In this document: positions 28,041 to 41,132 of the stretch, piece by piece
Layout of the letters: every line of letters begins with the position of its first letter
Position numbering within the stretch: the stretch's first letter is position 1
Source of the DNA: Dicyema japonicum
Taxonomy: Eukaryota > Animalia > Dicyemida
Direction of reading: 5' to 3'
DNA: 64,000 nt
NCBI GenBank assembly: GCA_011109175.1
Contig: RDEW01000004.1
Span: 334,030 to 398,029, forward strand
Translations under genes and position numbers: made by a program
Notes under the pieces: model-generated
What the model saw: the letters and a program-made list of their open reading frames with translations, nothing else
The model's database searches: none
What the model was told of the DNA's origin: nothing

Positions 28041-28530
28041 CTGGTTGAGGTGGTGACGACACCTCTATTGCACTATGTATTCGTCTTCCTTACCGACTTC
28101 TCCGTTCACTCTGAGATCTTTCAATTGCAGGGGATCAACCTTACAAGAAACACCAACTGGTATGCGATCTAACCAAATATGACGTCTCTGTATGCTGTCT
28201 ACAAGAGACAAAAACGACCGTACAATGTACAGAATTGTTTGGAAAATTCCATCCTTTTATCCTTTCGTCGGCCTGCCGACATTATGGTCTCGGATTTGCA
28301 GTCCATCAGGACCTGATTCACGTTACAAGAGTTTTGACATCTGATATTATAATGGAAATAGCGGACCACCTGGACTACCTAAGAGAACTAGTGCACAACA
28401 GAAGATCATGGTCGAAGCTGACGGAGAGGACGATTCGGAATACGCCACAAGGGAAACTTAACTATTATTATAGGCACGTACGCGATGCCCAAGATCATGA
28501 CAAAACATGTGCAACACGAAAAGTTAAAAT
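28041..28530 (+). mobile_element. Internally deleted RTE, copy A
   Basis: 5' end ctggttgaggtggtgacg. EN start (DLTKYDVSVCCLQETK, HYGLGFAV) runs in frame into the RTE C-terminus (DHLDYLRELVHNRRSWSKLT). Confidence 0.65.
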
Positions 28531-28534
28531 CTAA

Positions 28535-28945
28535 TTAACGTCCCCCATCTTTTTCGATCCGTTGCCATGTTCCGTAGCGTATCCTAAGATCTTCATCTAG
28601 AATAACCGACAGTGTTGTCCTCGGCCGGCCGCGGAAACGAGAAGCTTCTAAGACAAAATACTCCTCCATTGCTATGTTGGCAGGAGTCCCCATAGCGTGG
28701 CGGAGTATGTGTCCAAAGAGCCTCCACCTTGAATCAGTAATCTCACATGATATTGGCTCAGTTCCTGTTCTCTTGTATAAGATTTCAAACTCCTTCAATA
28801 TTTTTGTATCTTGGAGACATCCGATTGATATCTTGTATTTTGAAAGGTCTTCACAAAGTTCTTTTCTTTTCCATGCACTAGGTTGCAATTTTCGTGTTTT
28901 TCAGACATACTTTTCAAGAGGGACGTCACCACCTCAACCAGGAAA
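28535..28945 (-). mobile_element. Internally deleted RTE, copy B
   Basis: Same 18-nt 5' motif at 28924-28941. ORF 28535-28888 fuses EDLSKYKISIGCLQDTK to RWRLFGHILR..GRPRTTL. Confidence 0.75.
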
Positions 28946-29019
28946 CTTAACTAATTTTATGTTTTCTCGGGAGTGCTTTTTAATAATTAATAATAATAAA
29001 TTTTTTAATTATATTTATT

Positions 29020-29235
29020 GGATGACGCAGTGTAACGAGTGCCGGATAGATGGTCCCTAGTTCCAATCCCGTTGCTGTAAAGGTTCACGCATCTACGATC
29101 CTTTGGTTTGACGAGTGACGCCGTCATCAGTGAACAACTCATTGCGGAACCGGATCGTCTACAAAAAGACTCACCCCAACATAAAGAAAATAGAAATGAA
29201 GAGCATTCCTTGATTCTCCCTAGTTATGACACGTT
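29020..29235 (+). mobile_element. SINE-like repeat, copy 1
   Basis: Degenerate A/B-box head (agttccaatcc) and core ctttggtttgacgagtgacgccgtcat, identical to 61699-61725. Confidence 0.6.
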
Positions 29236-29759
29236 TCTCTACTTGAATAGAGTGTGTCGTGTCTGGAAGGAGCTATAGCTAATATAGCTCATCGTAAAGT
29301 GTAGTATTTATTAGTGGTTCAATTGGGTTGAAGGGAGGATTTACAGTCTGATGTTCAAAAGTCAAAACTGGAAGGGCAACTATTCGACTGAGGGGATTAC
29401 AGGATTCACAGTCTGGGAAATGCAAGATTGAACTCGGGTAACATGTTCAAAGGCATAACTGAACATATCCTCACCGTCACTGGCTGTGATAGAGTTTAGG
29501 TTGACAATACGGCACAAAATCGATTTTACAGTTAAAGCGTTCAAGCGTATGACCAAAGTTAGGTTACCGGTTGAGATTGACCGAAATTAGGTTACAGGTC
29601 CAATGGACCTTCTCATAATTAGGGGGTAATGTAGATTTTAACCCATGTCCATATGTCAATTTACCATAATCTCTCCTCCATCTACAAAGAAGCTTCAGGA
29701 GAATACTTCTCTCATCACTATGGCTATTTTTTGACTTTATAAATACGAAATTTTAACCT

Positions 29760-30870
29760 AAAATTGACTTTATTGACTTTAAAAATTCAAAATTTTGACC
29801 TTTTTTGACTTTATGGCTGCCCTTACTGCTATTCCTTCACTGGATGGCAATCTAGATTCACGAGGGTCTCCTGATCGTGTAGCGATCCGATTCCCTAGAC
29901 AAATCAAGAATTCCAGTGTCGCAGGAGCAAGGGAACCAGACGTCTCAACGGCGAGTGGGACAAATAAAAATCTTTGGACAGGACCTCGAACTTTTCCGTT
30001 TCAACTTCTCGGCCTTCTCAGCGGCAGAACAGGCTCCAGGTGCACTCTGGTGTAGGTTGCAAGAGGCAAACGTGTCGGTGCAGGTGAAGTCCCAGACAGG
30101 AGGTATACAGGCTTCAATAGGGAAGATTATCATCACATCTGGTCTTTTCCCATCCCGCCTGCGAAACTAACTGAGTCGAGCATGAAGGGGTGTCCGGCAA
30201 CATCCAGAGCACTCCTAACGACTTCATTCAAGGCCATATGTCTGGGAAATCTGCCTGTACTGTTCCTGCTAGAGAGAAGGTGTATGCCAAAACAGTCGAT
30301 CTTGTCTCCGCATTGACACGGATGTGGAACACAGACTTTGATCCCAGTCGTAATGAGATCAATACGGACGCATTCATCATCGAGGAAGTTACCCAAATCT
30401 CCATTGGGAATGGCGTTGAGCCAGGCACCGCTCTCGGAAGACGCTCCGACAACAAACAGGCACGGCGATGTTGACTAGATGACACTAGCAAATCTTTAAA
30501 AGAATTCCAGCATATAGCATCGTCCAAGCCCCGCTGAGAGAACGAGGAAGGCAGGGGAAGCTGATAAGTGCGGCTCCAGGCTTCACGAACATGCGGCGTC
30601 CTTGTCAATAGAGAATTCAGGTAGATAGTGTAGAATCCTCTTGACATGGGAGTTACAGGCCACTAGCGATGATAGGTATAAAGGAAGAGAAAGGTTGACA
30701 GGGTTCCGAATTCAAAGTCCTCCGAGTATCACTGGCAGCATGGCTTGCTTCCATGAGTAATCCTCGAACCGGACGTTGAAGATACGTTCCGCTGTTGTAC
30801 GTAAGATCTGGTTAATCTGTGCGAGTTGGTCATACAGGGTGAAATAGGGAGCAGTCCTCAGGACATATGC
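29760..30870 (-). mobile_element. CRE 3' half including REL domain
   Basis: FLDDECVRI..HPCQCG..HLLS..GRFPRH..LNEVV, WDFTCTDT and AAEKAEKLK. The tail has aagtcaa repeats. Confidence 0.85.
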
Positions 30871-31824
30871 ATGAAAAAATAATATTTTCTGAATAGATAA
30901 TGATATGAGAATATTTTTCAAATAGCAATATATGCATGGAGAAATATGTTGTTTTTCCATTTTTAATAGAAAAAACTTTTTAACAGAAAATCTAGATTCC
31001 AGATACTTAATTCCGCATAAATCATAATGAAATACAATTTTTGAATATGCTAGCAGCGTCTTCTACAGTGAAGTAAGTTTTCCCTGTCATCTTTATTTAT
31101 AAACCAATTTTGACATAATATGGCTGATAAATTAACTATATAAAAATATAGTTATTTTTATGGAAATGGAATTTTTACAATATTGCGCTGCTGGTTATTT
31201 GAGCGAATCTCGTTTGCCATCCTCAGAAGGAATAGCCACGCAGTCAGGCTGACGGTATATGACATTTACTCTCTTCGTTCCTAAATAAAAAATATTAGTC
31301 AACAATTTTTAGACAATTTCTCCTTCTTACCGGATTTATTTTGGGTTGACAGACAACTTTAATAAAATTTTCTGTTTTTTATGCAAAAAATTTATTAGTG
31401 TATTCACATAATTATATCGATTTTGTAGATCAAACCAACTTTTCCAACTCTATAATAAATGCATTTAAAAAAACTCAAAAATAGCTTCGGTCAAGTTACC
31501 TTTGGCATAAATTTTCTACACTTTGGCATAGAAGAAAGTAAAATGATATTCTATACCCTCAAACAAGTTTTGTAAACTTTACTATTCAACTTATGCAAGA
31601 AAAATCATATTCTACTAAGCATTAGTGACCTCATTGATCCTAGAGTCGGTGAAAGAATGAGAAAATCAGATATTTTTACAGTAGCACCCGTGAAATACTA
31701 ATAAAAATGATAAACCTGCTAGTTTGAAACAAAAAATTCAATAAAAAGCTGTTGTTAGAAAATTCTTGAGTTGATAGAAAATCACCAGGATGATTTCTAC
31801 TAACAGTATTAGGCTTTTCATTGA

Positions 31825-32040
31825 CTAATTAAGTGTATCCAGTTTCCACTTTTACAGAAACAGAGTCCATCCGGAATCAGCATAAAAGGTAAGACGTCCA
31901 TTACATGCAGTTGTGGAAACCCCTCCAGTGGAGTGGGAAATAGCAAATGATCCTTTTTCGTGCCGGCCTGGCACTGGGCGTCACCTAGACAGGTGGATCA
32001 CATAACTCCACTCTAATAGGAAGAGAGAGGAGGAACAGAC
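31825..32040 (-). mobile_element. R4/Dong-like 3' end
   Basis: Close match to 19520-19760 and 46140-46240 (ctaattaagtgtatccagtttccact...cataaaaggtaagacgtcc). Confidence 0.75.
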
Positions 32041-32103
32041 TAGCAAGCAGAAAACTTCAACCAATTAACCACGCAGCACCACATGGCTCCACGCGGCTAT
32101 AAA

Positions 32104-32207
32104 ATAGACACTAATTCCCTATGCGGCCTTCAGCCGCTGTTCTTCAGATAGACATTAATTCCCTATACGGCCTACGGCAGCTGTTCGTCAGATAGACACT
32201 AATTCCC
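32104..32207. repeat. 44-nt tandem repeat x2.4
   Basis: atagacactaattccctatgcggccttcagccgctgttcttcag, then a diverged second unit, then a partial third. Confidence 0.9.
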
Positions 32208-32559
32208 GAATATTTTTTTGAATTTTTTTCTAAGTCCATAAGTGTAACCACCTAGGGTCGATAACACCCTAGGCTCGTGACATAATATCAATATTTCGTT
32301 GACCCCCATCTCTCTGAAACATTTTACATCAATTGTTATGGAAAGAAATATTTATTAAATAAAATTTTTAAATTCTACATTCCACGTTATTTCCGTCATT
32401 TCCGTAATTATATTACGACCTCATCATTTCCCAGTGTTTTTCTCTGGAACCCACGCTTGGCCGATTGGACGAATGTGGCACCCGACTTCTTCACGATGAC
32501 CACAAACGAGGTTTCCATTGCCATCCCTCATATTCACAACTATTATCTCCTATATTCTC

Positions 32560-33535
32560 GTGAAAAATAAATTTGCCAAAACCGACTAGTGATACCAAGT
32601 CACCCGATCAACTCTTTAAATTCAAGTTTTTTTCGAGAGCTATGTATTGAAAATGATGAAGATTTTATACGACTATTATCGCGGATTTTCTCTCTTTTCA
32701 GCACTGTTGTAGAATTTCTCAAATTTTTAAACTCTCAAATTTGCCCGGAACTAGAATCCGTCAAACATGATGTGGCTTACTTAGCTAAATTTAATGAACT
32801 TAATAGGAAATTACAATTTGCTGATATTAATCAAGGTATTATTTTTTAAATTAATTTAGGCAGTCACTTATTTCTGCTTTTATTTTGAAACTACCTTTAT
32901 TTTGTAGGAATATTGACAGGAAAGAATTAATCCAATTTCCACGTCTCAACGGTTTTAAAGACTTCCTTTCTGAAGATAATTTCGAAATTTATATTGAACA
33001 TTTGATCACTCTTGAACAAGATATGAAGGGACGTTTCAAAGATTTATGTGGAACACAAAGTTCCAGATTGGGTAATAGACCTTTCAGAATGTAGATGACG
33101 TTGAACCTTGTTGTCAATAGGAACTAATTATGTTACAAAAACGATTTTGAAATTAAACCTACTTTTAAACAACCCTCATATCATAATTTTTGGTTACAAA
33201 AAGATATTGCTGAAAAATATCCTATGTTTTGGAAAAAATCAAAATTATTTTTTAATGCTTTCCCCACTTCTTATTTGGTTGAGGCTTCAGTATTGTATCA
33301 CAGCTAATTACCAAAAGGAGAAACCGCTTGGACATTGTTGAAAGAGAGATCTACGAATTAGGCTTACAAACATGAACCCAAATATTGAGAAACTTGTGTC
33401 TAACTTTTTGCAACATCATTGTTCACATTAATTATTAAAGTTTTTATTTTCAACTCGTTACCATATAGGTTTTCCCGGTGGGCGATATTTTTAAAAAATC
33501 TGTTAAAGGGGGCTGAATAAGTTTGGGAACCCCTG
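32560..33535 (+). mobile_element. hAT (Buster/Charlie) transposon, right half
   Basis: Decayed transposase (FFRELCIENDEDF, DVAYLAKFNELNRKLQ). Right TIR gtttgggaacccctg ends at 33535 and is followed by gtctagac (TA-centred). Confidence 0.8.
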
Positions 33536-33543
33536 GTCTAGAC

Positions 33544-34140
33544 AAATGGCTATCTAAGAATCGCCCAACTACTAGCAGTGAAAAGTCCGTCACAACCCAA
33601 TTTACTTCAGACAAGTGACTGGGAAGACGGACGGTCGAACTGAAAGCAAACAATAGAGCTATTCCTTTCAGAAAATCCCAAAGGATCCTTGGGGTGACTT
33701 TTGACATGCATATGTCATTCTCTCGAAATGCGAAAAGAAAACTAATGTTCTGAAATGCCTCACAGGCTTATGGAAGATCGGAAAGCATTATGTTCTGAGC
33801 ACTGTATATAAACAATTCATTGAACCATGCATCTCTTATGCATGTGGTATATGGGGTCCACTCATCTCTTAGACGAATGTCTTGAAGATCGAAGCTAGCC
33901 GAGAAGAGCCTCCAAAGTCACGGAACGCTAGATTTCTGGAGAACTCCAGTCACCAATGCCTCTTGAAGCCTTGATAAGAATGAACCACGGATCTCGCCGT
34001 CGTGCGAAGGTCCAGTCACTCGACCGATACGTGCTTGTGCGGGGACGAGCATCGGGCCAAGATGAGGTACCTGCTAGAGCGTGCTGGGATCACGTGATTA
34101 GCTAGTTTGTGAAACCGTGGTCTCAGGTGTTGTTATCATT
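33544..34140 (+). mobile_element. 5'-truncated Jockey-like LINE
   Basis: RILGVTFDMHMSFS, LYKQFIEPCISYAC; 3' motif gggatcacgtgattag. Confidence 0.65.
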
Positions 34141-35411
34141 ATTTTTGTCAGAATAGCAGATTCGGCGTTTTTTGAGTTATTTCTATTTCAGATAGTTTTA
34201 ATTGAAAATTCATTTTAATTACAAAAAAAGTTTTAAACTCAAATTTATCTTATTTCAATAGAAACGTTTACTCAGTCGATACTCTCTCTTTTGTGCTATT
34301 CACTCTCAGGTTTGCGAGCGAAATTCGTTCAAATAGCCAGCAGTGTTCGCGGAGATTTCCAGTGCGTGTAGAAATCTGATTCCCTAAACGACCCATTAAT
34401 TCAAGGGTAGAGAGCACAAAGAAACCCACACAGTTCAGTGATTAGGATGTCATAACCACAACAATGGCCCGTAGTTTAATTCCTTGACTGGGTACTTGGC
34501 TAAAGGGTTCTCGTCCTTTGCTCACTTCCTTCTCATCATTTCTTGGAGGCACTCCTGCCAGGATAGCTTCAAAGGAGGCCATTTGCTTTCTCTTGTTTAA
34601 CTTTGTCATTACTTAGAAAATAACCCTGGCGGCTCCTTAAATGTTTTGAAGTTTTTGCTAATCGATTATATTATCTAACTGAAACAAAATTGGCTACAGC
34701 TTCGTTGACATGTCAGATATATCCTATTGAGGTTCCTATCAACGTTGAGGGGGAGCAGAGGTCTTAAAATCTATTCCACTCAGAGATGGAAGAAGTTCAC
34801 ACTGTAGGCTGTCGAGTCCCACTCTGATGGTCCTTGGGAGCATTGATTCTGTTGCGCTGGTCTTAGAAGATGATCTCTCAGTGTTTGGTGTTCTCCAAAT
34901 ATTCGTAAGGCGCTGGTGGACACAAAATCGTGAATTTGTTCATTTCCGAATTTTACAATGTGGTCTTTTGGGGAAAAGATCTAATAAATGTGCTTGTGGT
35001 TAGTGGATTTGAGAAGTGGGAAGATTAGTGGTTAGGATCAAGAGAGTGTTGTAAGCTCAGACTGTCATCTGTTTTTTAGCTCATAGCTTCAGATTTGGTA
35101 GAGTCAGTTGATGTCACACAAGTCCAGTGAAAGAAAAGAAAACGCAATCCCTTACACCAGTGAGAACCCTTCCAATGCAAGAAAAAAATTATAATTCTTT
35201 GAGCCACTCTTGATTGCCCACCACATGAAATAGAAGATTTCATAGCATCACTCGTAAAGAGAGGGAAGGGAAGCAATTCGATCAAGTATCTAGTGGGAGA
35301 GTCGAACACAAGTAGCGATCGGGTGAATCGAATCCTTGGAGTATTGTTATAAGCATACACTCTAAGCACTAATGAAATCAAAAAAAAATTTATTCATACA
35401 AAAATAAAATA

Positions 35412-36566
35412 TCACAAAACTCGAGCACACATTGAAGTGATGCGAAACCCAGTCGGAATCTCACAAACAGGCAGAATACAATCATTCACTATATTCCAAC
35501 ATTTCAAAGCCCCATCTGATGAACAGCTCACCAACAAATCATTCCCCTGAAAATTTGGAAACGACAACCCCTTGACTCTGATTTTATAAATAAAATATAA
35601 CCTTCCAACATGAACTTTATATGTGGATAGCAACACAGTGACCAAAGTCTCCAGGCATTTATAAACAAACAACTCCCCACTAGAGAGACCAACAAAGAGT
35701 AAGCAATTATCCTATAGTAGACTAACCACCAAAACCAACATCACTATAATCAACAGCAGTGACAGAAGAGGACATCTTAAAGTCGATGCGTTTTGCCAAA
35801 ACTCGGGATTTTACGACCTTTAGCATAAATCATTAAAATACAGGTTGTAACACAACGGAATGAGTGTAAACAATGATATAAAAATCCTCTTCGTGAAAAC
35901 GTTGCCCATTTTTATTTCCGTAGCTAAAAATAAGTAAATATTAAATAAAATAATTTAAATTAACTATAAATAAAAATTTAAATATTAAATAAATATATAA
36001 TGAAACCTCCCTCCACCTTTGTGGTGTAAATTGATTTTCCAGAGGTCAGATTCCAAAGCTTAAGAGCGCCAACAAGCGATAGGGATAGCAACAATTTCCC
36101 ACAGCGGTGGATGGCCATGGAAACAACGGCGGATCTAAAATGGTTACTCCACTTAAACTTGTGTTTTTCCAGCTTTTTAAAACAGGTCCAGTTTCTCATG
36201 TTAAAAACTGAGATTGAGTTATCTTCAGAACAGCTGAATAAATGGGTCGACGACTGAAAGCAGAGAGAAGTCACAGAACCTTTAATGTTAAAAATTATAT
36301 ACCAGAATGCTCCATCAAAACTCCTACTTCTTTATTGTTGACCAAATCTATCAGTCGAATGGTCTCGTCGTATCCTCCAGAAGCGAGAATTCCACGCTGT
36401 GAGATGGCCAGTGATTTGACTGTGTTTATGTGCGAATTTGTCGTGAATTTTGGTATGAATTTTAGTTGGTTCTACTTTTAAATAATATTCCTACGTTTTC
36501 TAGTATTATTTCATATCCCAACAGAACTCCTGGATAAGTACCCACAACAACATGAAGAGAGCACAT
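35412..36566 (-). CDS. PAK1IP1: PAK1-interacting protein 1 / Mak11 WD40 protein, ~8 exons
   Basis: MCSLHVVVGTYPGVLLGYE, LASGGYDETIRLID, EHSGSVTSL, MAIHRCGKLLLS..LKLWNL, HVGRVKG, LVSCSSDGALKCW, TGFRITSM. Introns of 23-28 nt plus one longer one. A frame break occurs near 35905. Confidence 0.85.
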
Positions 36567-36649
36567 GCTTAAATTGGAGGAATAATTTTATATTATTTTT
36601 TTAAATTTTAAAATATTTTAATTCTTATTTATTAATTTTTTGAAACTCC

Positions 36650-37320
36650 TTACTCGATGTTCATACAGCGTTCTTCCTTATGAAGAATAGCATCGGCTTG
36701 CTCAAACTCCTATATGCTCTCCGATGTTTTCCCTGCTTCAAATATCGTGACATCCTCCTGTCACTGGATAGACATTGAGAAAATCACATGAATTGCTTCT
36801 AAGCATCCACTTTGACGTGCCGAGTTGGAATCAATTTAAGCTTCCTACACGCCTCGGAGGTACGGGTCTCAGGTCGGCGCTGGAGATCGCCCTTCCAGCA
36901 TATGTGTTATCGCTCTCAAGTGGAAGCCTTTTGGTCCAAGATATCCTACGTTTCAACCGGATTCATGGGAAAAAGTCTTCGACGAAGCTCGTCGCGAATG
37001 GTGTGAAACTGGTTTGGATATGCCGAACGATCCTTCGAGCCAACGAGAGTGGGATGAAATCTACTTAAGAATATCTTGGACATGCTAAAGTCTGAGCCCA
37101 GCCAGCATCGTTTTGTATGCTTCGTACTCATCGCCAACCATGGGAGCGGAGCGTGGCTGGATGCACTTGTGTTCCTCCCTGGGGACCCTTTTGGACGATG
37201 ACTGTATTCGGATTGGGATCGCACAACGCCTGGGAGTTGATGTTTGCGTCGAAAACCAATGTCGTTGTGGAGGGATCGTCGATGCCAAAGGGCTGCACCC
37301 GCTCTCGTGCAAAAGGAGTG
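36650..37320 (+). mobile_element. CRE fragment
   Basis: LPTRLGGTGLRSALEIALPAY and LLDDDCIRIGIAQRLG..CRCG..HPLSC. Confidence 0.8.
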
Positions 37321-37324
37321 CCTA

Positions 37325-38240
37325 ACCCGTAGATACATCAGCATAGTGTTGGATAGTTCCCAGTTGAAAACGTCCAATTCATTAGGTGTAGAAACGGAAT
37401 TAGTCTTCATTAATAAGGTCTCCGACAAATAATGACGATAATGTACCCAGTCTATCGACGAGGTATCAAAGTATAGGAAAATATCTTCAGCAATGTTTGA
37501 TTCCAGGTTTATAGTTATTTCCTGAGGGATATTATCACTCTCTATTTCCCAAAGTAACCTTGGTCTGTCTACATGATCCAGGAGCTGTGGAGACACTAGG
37601 GCCAATCCAAGCATGTCACCGCCATAGTGTGAGAAATGGTTAGGTTCCTCAGACGTCAAGACTTCAACTCCAATTTTGTTGACCAGATCTTCTAGGACCC
37701 CCCGTTTCCGTTGTTTTTGCAACATCCGTAGCTCGTATTCTTAGCATTCAGGTCTTCTACCAAGATCGACATAGGGCTTGTTTCGAAAAATTGAACAATT
37801 TTCGAAGAAGATCGGGCCAAGTCCTTAGAGTATAGCCCTTCTACGCTTATCCATGTTTTTCCACATTGAATATCGACGGAGACGAATTCCGAATTGTCGG
37901 GCAGTACAATACAGTCGTTCCGTGTTTGCAATTCTTTACGAAAAAAGATTGAGGTTCCAGTTTCAACCACTGCCCCTGTTTGATTTTCGTTTCATTGACT
38001 ACCAAGACATCCACCTTGGCAATCCTCACAAGTAGCGCTAGTTCATCATGCCTTTTCACCAAGGAGCGGGCATTCACCAGCACTACTTTCAAATTCCTTT
38101 TCATAGTTTTTGTTGGTGGCCTGCGCTCTCCACAGCCAGGTCCACCAGACTTCATAAATCCACTTTCATCAGTGTACATAGGTTGTTCAGACGTGTCATA
38201 ATTTCATTTAGCTCCCGAAACACCGACTCGGGGACTTCCT
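37325..38240 (-). mobile_element. Jockey-like LINE APE endonuclease region
   Basis: LKVVLVNARSL..VLVVNETK, ILVEDLNAK, and SDxxP-like motif. Confidence 0.75.
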
Positions 38241-38259
38241 ACCTTGCTTTTACATCGTA

Positions 38260-39330
38260 AAAAATCGGATTTAAAAACAATATGGTTGTTGCTAGAGAAA
38301 AAGAACGACTTCGAAAGCCACAAAGATGAAAGCCAACAGCTATTCTCGTCCTCCAAGAAGTGCTACAGCTGGGTCATTCACTTTGGATAATAAACCGCTG
38401 TATGCAGAGCCCTCTAAACTTGCGAACGAACCTACGACACACAACCCCACGATAGAACCCAAACCTACGAACGAACCGAAGAAAGCAGATCCTACAGATA
38501 ACAAGACACTATTGATCACAGTTCACTGTACTATGAGTCCGATAAAAATTACTAATATTCTTCATTACTATTATCAATACGGATCTTTGAGGATGAACCA
38601 CGGAGGACTGATCTCATTCCGACTGAACTTCCGGGACAATAGCCACATGGGCGACTGTATGGAGGCCATAAATGAGACCTGTCCTTTTGGAACTGACAAC
38701 CACCATTTCAGAACGCTCCTAACAAGACCTTGTGAAATTGTCCTCAGGAACCTCCCTTTCTGGATGAGTGAGGACGACCTCCTTGATTACCTTCAGGAGA
38801 TGGCTTCCTCAACTTCGAAGGTAACCCGAATGTCAAGAGGATCGCAGCCTATGCCAATGGCGAAAGCCTCGGTTAGTAGTAATGCGAAGGCCACATCGCT
38901 GATACGTTGTGGCTTCTACATTGTATCAAACAAGATCTTTTGTGAGTGGATGTAGAGGCCCCCTCCTATCTGCTACAATTGCGAACGAATTGGTCATATT
39001 GCTGCACATTGCAAGGAGAAGAAGAGATGGCTCAAGTGTGAAGGGTAACACGACCTTGTTGTGTGTGAATTTTCATCGAACGTGGAGAGAAGGACCAATA
39101 CTTCACATACTCAGGATGGATCGGTGGATCGGAGCGCAACAAGGAAAAACATGAGCAGAGCAATTTCGGATAACAGATAACATAATTTATTCGCAAAACC
39201 CCAACTAACTAAACAAGGTAAGAGCCATTAACTAAAGAGGAAAGCCAAGATTTAGGGTCGTCTATATCGGGGCACTCTCATGAGACACCGTATGTCTCTT
39301 CTCCGTAAAAAGCCCCAATTACAATGCGAG
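38260..39330 (+). mobile_element. LINE ORF1 (gag-like with zinc knuckles)
   Basis: IVLRNLPFWMSEDDLLDYL (ORF 38326-38955), then frameshifted CYNCERIGHIAAHC at ~38970-39015. Confidence 0.7.
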
Positions 39331-39349
39331 TTTCCACAAGCAATGTAAT

Positions 39350-40975
39350 AAATCACCGATTCTTCTCGTTTTTCTTTTGTATTCGTCATCAATTTAAGAT
39401 GCTAAATCCAATCCATGTGCGAGTTTAATTGCATAATTTCGACTGAAGTTAAAATCTTTAACTCTCCAGACTTCATCCATTTTACAAGGCATTTTCCATC
39501 TTGATTGGTTGTTACACAACCATAGTCAGTATGTTTAGCGTTCATATCCCCAACAAGGATTGGATATTCATTGTTTTCCATAAATTTGTCAACAATCCAT
39601 GGATACTCTCGTCGTTTTTTAGAATAGATTCCTCCGATAGTTATCCATCCCATGGTTGTTTGTAGTTGAATGCTTGCTAGTTCACAAAGATTTTCTTCAT
39701 TGATTGTGGGTAGTCTTGTATTTAAAGAAGTTTTGTAGTAAATTGAAGTTCCTGTTCCAGCACAAGAAACAGTCTTCCAAAAAATATCTAATGAGTCGTA
39801 TCCATCAATTTTAAATGGTCTTTTCTTCAATTTAGTTTCGTTTATAATTAGAACAACGAACTGGATCGTGCTGGCTAGATCAACCAGCACTGAGGCCCGT
39901 TTCCGAAGAGAACGGCATTAATCAGGTTATCCTGACTACTTCTGGTTTTTTGGTGGCTGCCCTCTCTTCTTAAGAGCGCCACCAAATCTAGTAAAAATAT
40001 AGAATCCTTTTTTGTTCTAGTCATATCTCTAATGCTTTTCTCCAACTTGTCAAGAATCGAGTTGGAAGCTACTACTTTTTCATTTTCAGACAAGATGTTT
40101 GAGTGAGTCTCGACAGTCTGTGTAGCAACTCCAAAAGTCACTTTTCTAACAGGTGCTTCCGCCTGGTCACTCTCATCAAGACTGCTTGTCTGTGTTGAAG
40201 CTTCTACTGTTTCTTTTTTAGAAGGTTTCTTATTAAATGTCGTATTCCAGCCAGTCTGCCCATACATTCTAAACTCTGACTTTAATTTCTTATTCGTTCC
40301 AATTTTGGAAACTTCACTTTCTCCATTATGGGCATTTTCTCGTTTTAGAAATAATTTTCTATTCGATTCTTTCCTTTTTTGGTCAATTTTGTTTTTCTTT
40401 GATATGTTAGCTTCAACAGCCTTGGGGCATCCTCCATAATTGGCAAAGTGGCTGGATTAACCACAATTCACACACGACTTATTATTGTTTGTAACCGGAC
40501 ACTGCGATCTTCTATGTGGCCCAGAACAAACAAGGCATCTTTCAACATTTTTGCAAAAACGAGCAATATGGCCAAACTGTTGACAACAAAAATATTGGAT
40601 CTCTGGTTTATTGAACCATTCAGCTTTTATCTTCAGATATCCAATTATCAGTCCAAATCTTACAAGGGATTCAGCCACATTTCTGTCCGATATTGTAAGT
40701 TTGGCAACAGATAGTCTGATGCCCTGCCTTTTCAAATTTTTCAACCGTAAATTTTTCTCCCAATATCGTTCCAAGGTATTCTTCCAACTCATTGGTTTCA
40801 ATCCACGTCGGAAGACCTTTGAGCATAACTACTGAGGGTCTCGGCGCAGCTTTTTGTAATGAATGTCCATTAACTCCAAAAGGTTTTCTTTCTTCTAGTT
40901 GATTCTGGAAACCTTCCAAATCACTTGTAGTTTTAAAGTTCAGGAGAAATTCTCAAATCACTTGTAGTTTTAAGC
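39350..40975 (-). mobile_element. Jockey-like LINE 5' half (ORF1 plus EN)
   Basis: MLKGLPTW, CCQQFGHIARFC..CLVCSGPH..C..CVNCG, then INETKL and LVGDMNAKH. Confidence 0.8.
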
Positions 40976-41132
40976 AAATTCGGAAAATATTTAGGTAATG
41001 CCATTATTATTGAGATATTTATATCTTATAACATTAAAATGATAAGATTAACTTAAGTAATTCAAATTAATAATAAAATATAAAAGAAAGTATTACACTA
41101 TGTGATAAAAATACAAATAACTCAATTATCGA

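Noticed and set aside
30005-30016. cttctcggcctt matching the U2 snRNA 5' end
   Set aside because: Only 12 nt, and it is the antisense of CRE codons (EKAEK). The rest of U2 is absent.
35076-35381. 101-aa minus ORF just downstream of PAK1IP1
   Set aside because: No recognisable domain or convincing exon structure.
40917-40973. 20-nt direct repeat caaatcacttgtagttttaa (40917-40936 and 40954-40973)
   Set aside because: A local duplication at a LINE 5' boundary, with too little evidence for an independent element.
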